IMG/VR virus record: IMGVR_UViG_2711768166_000010
Reading direction: 5' to 3' (one strand)
Length of the DNA stretch: 4,492 bases
Origin: a virus
Lineage: Duplodnaviria > Heunggongvirae > Uroviricota > Caudoviricetes
Each line of letters begins with the position of its first letter. Positions within the stretch are counted from its first letter, which is position 1. The notes beneath the pieces were generated by a model. It ran no database searches and had not been told where the DNA came from. It saw only the letters and a program-made list of their open reading frames with translations. The translations under genes and the position numbers were made by a program. Below are positions 1 to 4,492 of this stretch, in pieces.

Positions 1-612
1 GTGAGCGAAATTAATTACCAGGCACTACGTGAGGCGGCAGAACGTGCAACTCCAGCAATGGAACGCCTGTTAATGTTGCCAGTTGATGATGATCTGATAA
101 GCGAACAGGAACTTAAAGATAGCGGTGTTGATATTGATGCCCTCAACGCCTTCAAATTTCTGGCCGGACCAGAAACCGTGCTGGCGCTACTGGATGAGAG
201 CAACGCATTAGAGGAAACGCGTATCAACGATGTTTGTCGTATTGCAGAACTAACAAAACAACTGGAGTTGGCAAAATCAAAACTCAACGAGCAGCGTGAG
301 TATTACGAGGGCGTTATCTCGGATGGAAGTAAGCGCATTGCAGAACTGGAAGCACGGGAAATAAAACCAGCCAAAGGTGAAGTTCTGGTCGTTGTATCTG
401 GTTTTACTGGTTGCGGAAAAAGCGCCATCGCCGGGGAAATAGAAATCGCGATGAAGGCTATTGGTGTACCGGTTCAGTGGACTAATGGTGATGCAGAAAA
501 GCGCATGACCGGCGCTGACTGGCTGACAGCAATTGAGATGTACAAACCAACTGTGCGCATTGTGGAAGTTAATGTGCCACGCGTCGCTGGCGTTCGCATC
601 AAAGGAGAGTGA
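1..612 (+). CDS. Ead/Ea22-like prophage early protein; GTG start sits at the window edge, so the true start may lie upstream
   Basis: Uninterrupted 203-codon frame ending at TGA 610-612. N-terminal QALREAAERATP segment followed by a charged, coiled-coil-like stretch (ELTKQLELAKSKLNEQREYYEGVISDGSKRIAELEARE) resembles what I remember of Ea22-family proteins; this is recall, not a search result. The next gene starts 1 nt after the stop. Confidence 0.55.
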   Translation: MSEINYQALREAAERATPAMERLLMLPVDDDLISEQELKDSGVDIDALNAFKFLAGPETVLALLDESNALEETRINDVCRIAELTKQLELAKSKLNEQREYYEGVISDGSKRIAELEAREIKPAKGEVLVVVSGFTGCGKSAIAGEIEIAMKAIGVPVQWTNGDAEKRMTGADWLTAIEMYKPTVRIVEVNVPRVAGVRIKGE

Positions 613-616
613 CGTG
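595..616 (+). repeat. Copy 1 of a 22-nt gene-junction motif CGCAYYAAAGGAGAGTGAYGTG (stop, embedded Shine-Dalgarno, GTG start)
   Basis: Direct reading: cgcatcAAAGGAGAGTGAcGTG here versus cgcactAAAGGAGAGTGAtGTG at 1465-1486, 19 of 22 identical. In both, the upstream gene ends R-x-K-G-E-stop and the next gene starts at a GTG 1 nt after the TGA. Confidence 0.6.
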
Positions 617-973
617 GAAATAAAACCAGAAGATGAGTTAAGTAATATTGTTTTATTTCCGGTAAAAGAGGATGACCCACGTAATCAGGTTAATTTTCTT
701 TATGAGCCATCGGAAAGACCATACTGCCATCACGCTTCTGTCCGGGTTGACGAAAAAGAGCGTCAGGTCCGCTGCAAAATCTGTGGTGCAGTTGTGGAGC
801 CGTTTGACTGGATGCTCTCTGTGGCTAAAAGAGAAACCAGACTGGCAGATGATGTAAGGCTATTGCGCCAGGAGGAACAGGAAAGGCGAAAAAATATAGA
901 AAAGCTAATTCAGATTGAGCGTAACGCGAAAGCGCGGATACGCAGGGCAACAAAAGCCAGAACTGAATATTAA
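614..973 (+). CDS. Hypothetical protein with a zinc-ribbon-like C-H-H...C-x2-C cluster and a highly charged C-terminal helix
   Basis: GTG at 614 lies 4 nt downstream of AAAGGAGAG (601-609) and 1 nt after the upstream stop. Frame is open to TAA 971-973 (119 codons from the GTG). Sequence YCHHASVRVDEKERQVRCKICG supplies Cys/His ligands; the C-terminus is rich in R/K/E. The ORF track's ATG at 533 would need a 80-nt overlap with the upstream gene, so the GTG is preferred. Confidence 0.6.
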   Translation: MEIKPEDELSNIVLFPVKEDDPRNQVNFLYEPSERPYCHHASVRVDEKERQVRCKICGAVVEPFDWMLSVAKRETRLADDVRLLRQEEQERRKNIEKLIQIERNAKARIRRATKARTEY

Positions 974-1018
974 ATCAGCACTGTAAATAAAATTTAATCC
1001 TTAACCGGAGGTATATCT

Positions 1019-1231
1019 ATGTTAAATACACAGAAAACCATTAACGCGGAAAAATATAACGAGTGGGTAAAAAAATTCTCTGAGCAGATTTTTAAAATTA
1101 CTGGTGACGAGAATGTAGCAAAAAATGAATTAGAGCCGTGGACACCTGAAGGAACCGACCCAAATTATTGCTGGTGGGAGGTTGATCCGGTTGATGCTGC
1201 AAATGAAGCCATGAGTTACCACAACGATTAA
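1019..1231 (+). CDS. Small acidic hypothetical protein (70 aa, Trp-rich C-terminus)
   Basis: ATG at 1019 is preceded by GGAGG (1007-1011) at 7-nt spacing. About 14 Asp/Glu versus 6 Lys and no Arg. Stop TAA 1229-1231. Confidence 0.65.
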   Translation: MLNTQKTINAEKYNEWVKKFSEQIFKITGDENVAKNELEPWTPEGTDPNYCWWEVDPVDAANEAMSYHND

Positions 1232-1240
1232 TGTCGGGAT

Positions 1241-1258
1241 GCCGCCCGAAAGGGCGGT
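1241..1258 (+). other. GC-rich stem-loop with GAAA tetraloop directly after the 70-aa gene; no clear U-tract
   Basis: gCCGCCC-gaaa-GGGCGGt: 6 G:C pairs plus a closing G-U, GNRA-type loop. Followed by taataaaaatgg (A-rich, not T-rich), so it is not a canonical intrinsic terminator. Confidence 0.35.
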
Positions 1259-1293
1259 AATAAAAATGGCTGAACTAATCGGAGAACAAAACG

Positions 1294-1482
1294 ATGAAAA
1301 ACCGTAAAGCAAAAATTCTTTTGACCTGTAGAAATGCTCGCGGCATCCAGCAATGGTTAAAACTCAGTAACCGCAGAATGGGGCTGTTCACAAATACGGC
1401 TGATATTGTGATGTGTTCACTTAACAAGCCCAGCGCGGCGCAAAACCGCTGGAAAAACCACTTGCGCACTAAAGGAGAGTGA
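1294..1482 (+). CDS. Small strongly basic hypothetical protein (62 aa), likely nucleic-acid binding
   Basis: ATG at 1294 is preceded by GGAGA (1281-1285). Contains 7 Lys and 7 Arg versus 2 acidic residues. Ends KGE-TGA with the next gene's GTG 1 nt downstream. Confidence 0.55.
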   Translation: MKNRKAKILLTCRNARGIQQWLKLSNRRMGLFTNTADIVMCSLNKPSAAQNRWKNHLRTKGE

Positions 1483-1486
1483 TGTG
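1465..1486 (+). repeat. Copy 2 of the 22-nt gene-junction motif CGCAYYAAAGGAGAGTGAYGTG
   Basis: See copy 1 at 595-616; 19 of 22 identical, same stop/SD/GTG architecture. Confidence 0.6.
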
Positions 1487-1702
1487 CCAACATTATTCAG
1501 GAAAAATTATCCGCGAAGAAGCAGAACGATAGAATTTCTGTTTTTCATTGTGTTTATCGTGTTGCTGATACCGATATCCCCGTTAATCCTGGTCTGGGTA
1601 ATCGGAAAATTAGTTGAACCAGTTATTGAGTTATATACCGACGTGACATCGGAGCCATTCAACGCACTGCACAGTAAAATTAATCCATATAAGGAAAACT
1701 GA
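1484..1702 (+). CDS. Small single-pass membrane protein (72 aa): basic N-terminus, one hydrophobic helix, about 30-aa C-terminal tail
   Basis: GTG at 1484 lies 4 nt after AAAGGAGAG (1471-1479). Basic N-terminus (FRKNYPRRSRT) followed by an uninterrupted hydrophobic stretch FLFFIVFIVLLIPISPLILVWVIG. Stop TGA 1700-1702; the next ATG is at 1704. Confidence 0.55.
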   Translation: MPTLFRKNYPRRSRTIEFLFFIVFIVLLIPISPLILVWVIGKLVEPVIELYTDVTSEPFNALHSKINPYKEN

Positions 1703-1703
1703 A

Positions 1704-2324
1704 ATGGCTTTTACCGACAAAGAAATGATTAAAGAAATCAAAGAACGTATCAGCAGCCTGGACGTACGAGACAATATTGAGCGCCGGGCTTATGAAATAG
1801 CGTTAGCCTCGCTGGAAGCTGAACCGGTGGCATGGCAGGTCACAATCACAAAAGACGGTCAGGACTCAGCCTCTACTATTTACCGTGACTGTGCAGAGAA
1901 AGATACATGGGTTCGGATACATGAGACACTTGGTTCTGTCGTACACGTCACTCCGCTTTACATGGCACCGCCAGCGCCGGTAATACAGGCTGATGTCGCG
2001 CAGGCAATTGAAAATCTCAAGCAGAAGTTAGTGGAATGCAATCGCTATAACTACTGCGCAGATGCAGTTAAAGGCGTAGAGGATGCTTGCCGCGCCACCA
2101 TGCTTCACGGTGTCAAACCTGTAAGCCAGACTTACAAGTTGAACAAGCTGTTTGGCAACTCTCCGGTAACTCCGGATGGTTGGGTTATGGTTCCTAAACA
2201 GGTAACGCCGGAAATCAGCAACGCGATAAACGTTGTGGGTCAACGCTGTACATGCGGAAATTGCTCTCAGCGGTTGTGGGATTTATTACTCGACGCCACA
2301 CAGCAAGGGGTTAACCGTGGCTAA
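1704..2324 (+). CDS. Hypothetical protein (206 aa) with a Cys-rich C-terminal half, possibly metal-binding
   Basis: ATG at 1704 preceded by AAGGA (1691-1695). Long clean frame. Cys clusters C-x5-C-x10-C (ECNRYNYCADAVKGVEDAC) and C-x-C-x2-C (CTCGNC). Stop TAA 2322-2324 overlaps the start of the next gene. Confidence 0.7.
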   Translation: MAFTDKEMIKEIKERISSLDVRDNIERRAYEIALASLEAEPVAWQVTITKDGQDSASTIYRDCAEKDTWVRIHETLGSVVHVTPLYMAPPAPVIQADVAQAIENLKQKLVECNRYNYCADAVKGVEDACRATMLHGVKPVSQTYKLNKLFGNSPVTPDGWVMVPKQVTPEISNAINVVGQRCTCGNCSQRLWDLLLDATQQGVNRG

Positions 2325-2601
2325 CCTGCAACTTGCCGTCAAAGGTGAATACTTCGATGCCATGATTCGCGGAGAGAAAACGGAAGAGTATCGCCTTGTT
2401 AATGACTACTGGAAAAAGCGCCTCGTTAACCGTAAGCATGACCGCCTGATTATCACAAAGGGATATCCGAAGCGCGACGATTCCAGCCGCAGAATTGATG
2501 TTCCGTATGACGGATATGAAGTGAAGACAATCACACATCCGCACTTTGGCGATAAACCGGTAAAGGTATACGCGATAAAGGTGAATATCGACACTGAATA
2601 A
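2317..2601 (+). CDS. ASCH-domain (PUA-like beta-barrel) protein, about 95 aa
   Basis: GTG at 2317 preceded by AAGGGG (2305-2310) and overlapping the upstream stop by 8 nt (GTGGCTAA). Near the N-terminus, GEKTEEYR fits the ASCH signature G-x-K-x-x-E-x-R, preceded by the typical hydrophobic/aromatic lead-in AVKGEYFDAMIRG. Start choice is uncertain: in-frame ATGs at 2233 and 2356 are alternatives. Confidence 0.6.
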   Translation: MANLQLAVKGEYFDAMIRGEKTEEYRLVNDYWKKRLVNRKHDRLIITKGYPKRDDSSRRIDVPYDGYEVKTITHPHFGDKPVKVYAIKVNIDTE

Positions 2602-2603
2602 CA

Positions 2604-2630
2604 ATCCTCGCACTCGCGGGGATTTCTTTT
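2604..2630 (+). terminator. Rho-independent terminator 1 (8-bp GC-rich stem, ACTC loop, T-tract)
   Basis: ATCCTCGC-actc-GCGGGGAT (2604-2623; one G-U, rest Watson-Crick) followed by TTCTTTT (2624-2630), starting 3 nt after the ASCH gene stop. Confidence 0.6.
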
Positions 2631-2634
2631 ATCT

Positions 2635-2660
2635 GAACTCGCTACGGCGAGTTTTGTTTT
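2635..2660 (+). terminator. Rho-independent terminator 2 (7-8 bp stem, TACG loop, T-tract)
   Basis: (g)AACTCGC-tacg-GCGAGTT (2636-2653) followed by TTGTTTT (to 2660). Lies immediately upstream of the RBS GGAGA (2663-2667) of the next gene. Confidence 0.55.
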
Positions 2661-2673
2661 ATGGAGACAAGAA

Positions 2674-3018
2674 ATGTCAGATTTGGCTATGAAGGTTTTG
2701 AAATGGCAATCGACTGGCGATGTTGGCATCAGTAGCGCAACTCTTGCCTCAATCGCATGTGGACTGAAAAAGAATATCTATGGTCATCACTTCGGTGCTC
2801 CACATGACGCAGCCGATTTCCGACGATGCGTTGCGCTTGTCGAGCAGATTCCAGAAATCAGGGATTCATTCGACAAGGTTGCAAAGCGCGTTCCGGCATT
2901 CAAAGGAATCCTCAACGAATGGGATTCCCTCGTTGCTCTGTTGAAGTCTGAAATGAAGATACACGGAAACAAAGCACCAGAGACTTACAGGAGAATCAGC
3001 GAGTTACGAAAGGACTAA
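2674..3018 (+). CDS. Hypothetical protein (114 aa), isolated gene between the terminators and xis
   Basis: ATG at 2674 preceded by GGAGA (2663-2667) at 6-nt spacing. Clean 114-codon frame to TAA 3016-3018. No motif I can assign to a family. Confidence 0.7.
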   Translation: MSDLAMKVLKWQSTGDVGISSATLASIACGLKKNIYGHHFGAPHDAADFRRCVALVEQIPEIRDSFDKVAKRVPAFKGILNEWDSLVALLKSEMKIHGNKAPETYRRISELRKD

Positions 3019-3020
3019 CC

Positions 3021-3053
3021 ACAGTCTCACACTCGATGAGGACTGTTCATTTT
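3021..3053 (+). terminator. Weak terminator-like hairpin downstream of the 114-aa gene
   Basis: ACAGTC (3021-3026) pairs with GACTGT (3041-3046) across a long 14-nt loop, followed by TCATTTTT. The large loop and short stem make this low confidence. Confidence 0.25.
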
Positions 3054-3107
3054 TCAAGATATCCAGACCTACCGCAATAATACCAACTCAATAAATGGAG
3101 ATTCCAG

Positions 3108-3455
3108 GTGGAAGAAGAAATCTTCACTCGTGAAGAGGCAGCGTCGTATCTGAAGGTAGACAAAGGCACTATCACGCAGTGGATACGAAGTGGACGACTT
3201 CAGGCCGCAAAGATAAATCCAGATAAACCTAAAAGCCCATATCGCATTTGCAAGTCAGACTGCATTGCGGCGCTTAAGTCTGTGAGACACAATAGCGCGG
3301 TGAATGCGGTTGATGTGCAGGAGGTTAAAGCATGTCAATCAAACTACGCGGTGGCACGTGGCACTGCGATTTCGTCGCGCCAGATGGATCAAGAGTTAGA
3401 CGCTCTCTTGAAACATCGGACAAGAGGCAAGCGCAAGAACTTCACGATCGTCTGA
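3108..3455 (+). CDS. xis: Excisionase / AlpA-like helix-turn-helix DNA-binding protein (recombination directionality factor)
   Basis: GTG at 3108 preceded by GGAGA (3097-3101) at 6-nt spacing. N-terminal FTREEAASYLKVDKGTITQWIRSGRLQAAKI is a typical excisionase-type HTH. Sits immediately upstream of, and overlaps, the integrase gene. The 115-codon frame runs 124 nt into int, so the true C-terminus is uncertain. Confidence 0.7.
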   Translation: MEEEIFTREEAASYLKVDKGTITQWIRSGRLQAAKINPDKPKSPYRICKSDCIAALKSVRHNSAVNAVDVQEVKACQSNYAVARGTAISSRQMDQELDALLKHRTRGKRKNFTIV

Positions 3456-4492
3456 AAGCAGAAGCGTGGAGAGTAAAAAATCTCGGAGAATCACCGAAAA
3501 AGCTATTCAAGGAAGCCTGCATACGGTGGCTGCGTGAGAAATCGGATAAGAAGTCCATTGATGATGACAAGAGCATTATATCGTTCTGGATGTTGCACTT
3601 CAGAGAAACCATTCTCTCTGACATAACAACAGAAAAAATAATGGAGGCGGTAGACGGGATGGAAAACCGCCGCCATCGCCTGAACTGGGAAATGAGCCGG
3701 GACAGGTGTTTGCGGCTTGGCAAGCCAGTGCCGGAGTATAAACCAAAGCTGGCAAGCAAAGGAACGAAGACGCGGCATCTGGCAATACTTCGCGCTATTC
3801 TCAATATGGCTGTTGAATGGGGATGGATTGACAGGGCACCCAAAATATCAACACCACGCGTTAAGAATGGACGAATCAGATGGCTTACAGAGGAGGAATC
3901 GAAGCGCCTGTTTGCAGAAATTGCTCCTCATTTCTTCCCTGTGGTCATGTTTGCAATCACGACAGGCCTTCGCCGTTCCAACGTTACAGACCTTGAGTGG
4001 TCACAGGTCGATCTGGATAAGAAAATGGCATGGATGCACCCTGATGAAACAAAAGCTGGCAATGCGATCGGAGTTCCTCTTAACGAAACTGCATGCCAGA
4101 TATTAAGAAAACAGCAGGGTCTCCATAAGAGATGGGTATTTGTCCACACCAAACCTGCCTACCGAAGCGACGGAACAAAAACAGCAGCGGTAAGGAAGAT
4201 GAGAACCGACAGCAACAAGGCATGGAAGGGAGCGTTAAAGCGGGCAGGCATTAGCAACTTCCGCTTCCATGACCTGAGGCATACTTGGGCAAGCTGGCTG
4301 GTTCAGTCCGGTGTCTCTCTTCTCGCACTTAAAGAGATGGGAGGATGGGAAACTCTCGAAATGGTTCAAAGATATGCCCACCTTTCAGCCGGGCATCTCA
4401 CCGAGCACGCGAGCAAAATCGATGCGATTATAAGTCGCAATGGCACAAATACGGCACAAGAGGAGAACGTAGTTTACTTAAATGCGAGGTAA
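3332..4492 (+). CDS. int: Tyrosine site-specific integrase (phage integrase family) with N-terminal arm-type DNA-binding domain
   Basis: ATG at 3332 preceded by GGAGG (3320-3324). N-terminus MSIKLRGGTWHCDFVAPDGSRVRRSLETSDKRQAQELHDRLKAEAW matches the arm-binding domain pattern of lambdoid integrases. C-terminal catalytic motifs are present: TGLRRSN (Arg), HDLRHTWASW (His-x-x-Arg) and EMVQRYAHL (Tyr nucleophile). Stop TAA is at 4490-4492, the window end. Confidence 0.95.
   Translation: MSIKLRGGTWHCDFVAPDGSRVRRSLETSDKRQAQELHDRLKAEAWRVKNLGESPKKLFKEACIRWLREKSDKKSIDDDKSIISFWMLHFRETILSDITTEKIMEAVDGMENRRHRLNWEMSRDRCLRLGKPVPEYKPKLASKGTKTRHLAILRAILNMAVEWGWIDRAPKISTPRVKNGRIRWLTEEESKRLFAEIAPHFFPVVMFAITTGLRRSNVTDLEWSQVDLDKKMAWMHPDETKAGNAIGVPLNETACQILRKQQGLHKRWVFVHTKPAYRSDGTKTAAVRKMRTDSNKAWKGALKRAGISNFRFHDLRHTWASWLVQSGVSLLALKEMGGWETLEMVQRYAHLSAGHLTEHASKIDAIISRNGTNTAQEENVVYLNAR

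Noticed and set aside
15-287. Minus-strand ORFs at 15-287, 474-680, 1130-1312, 1275-1493, 2028-2243, 2311-2613, 2406-2729, 2787-2972, 3442-3843, 3503-3778, 3600-3785 and 3928-4152
   Set aside because: Each lies wholly or largely antisense to a + strand gene that has a ribosome-binding site, coupling to its neighbours and, in several cases, recognisable motifs. The translations are Ser/Cys/Arg-rich and low-complexity, typical of antisense frames, and none has a convincing RBS.
391-432. Walker-A-like motif G-F-T-G-C-G-K-S in the C-terminal domain of the Ea22-like protein
   Set aside because: The surrounding domain is only about 80 residues, too small for a P-loop NTPase fold, and no convincing Walker B follows. 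Likely a chance match; a profile search would be needed to revisit.
672-857. Plus-strand alternative-frame ORFs at 672-857 (61 aa) and 3717-4106 (129 aa)
   Set aside because: Both are embedded out of frame inside better-supported genes (the zinc-ribbon protein and the integrase) and lack ribosome-binding sites.
533-973. ATG at 533 as start of the second gene, and ATG at 2233 as start of the ASCH gene
   Set aside because: Both would require long overlaps (80 nt and 92 nt) with the upstream genes. In-frame GTG codons at 614 and 2317 sit directly downstream of good Shine-Dalgarno sequences and fit the tight-coupling pattern seen elsewhere in the array.
1266-1307. 13-codon upstream mini-ORF (MAELIGEQNDEKP) overlapping the start of the basic-protein gene
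   Set aside because: No ribosome-binding site and very short. Most likely incidental, though a leader-peptide role cannot be excluded from sequence alone.
3050-3085. Possible sigma-70 promoter upstream of xis (TTCAAG ... AATAAT)
   Set aside because: The -35 match is poor (3 of 6). This cannot be distinguished from background AT-rich sequence without transcription data.
3248-3268. Two TTGC tetramers inside xis as a possible CII-type activator site for an int promoter
   Set aside because: The repeats start 17 nt apart rather than the 10-nt phasing of lambda CII sites, and no adjacent -10 element is evident.

Overview
This window looks like the integrase-proximal end of a lambdoid prophage or integrative element from an Enterobacteriaceae-type genome. 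All convincing genes are on the + strand, forming one tightly packed, largely translationally coupled array. It starts with an Ea22-like early protein and seven small hypothetical proteins, two tandem intrinsic terminators, one further isolated gene, and ends with an overlapping excisionase-integrase pair. The integrase stop codon is the last three bases of the window, so the att site and host junction should lie just beyond it. No rRNA, tRNA, CRISPR array or insertion sequence was recognised. The most interesting material is the accessory block between the Ea22-like gene and xis: a coupled basic-protein/membrane-protein pair, a Cys-rich protein overlapping an ASCH-domain protein, and a terminator-bracketed gene next to xis. 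None of these can be assigned a function from sequence alone; they are candidates for host-takeover, exclusion or defence/anti-defence roles. All family assignments are from motif reading and memory, not from searches.
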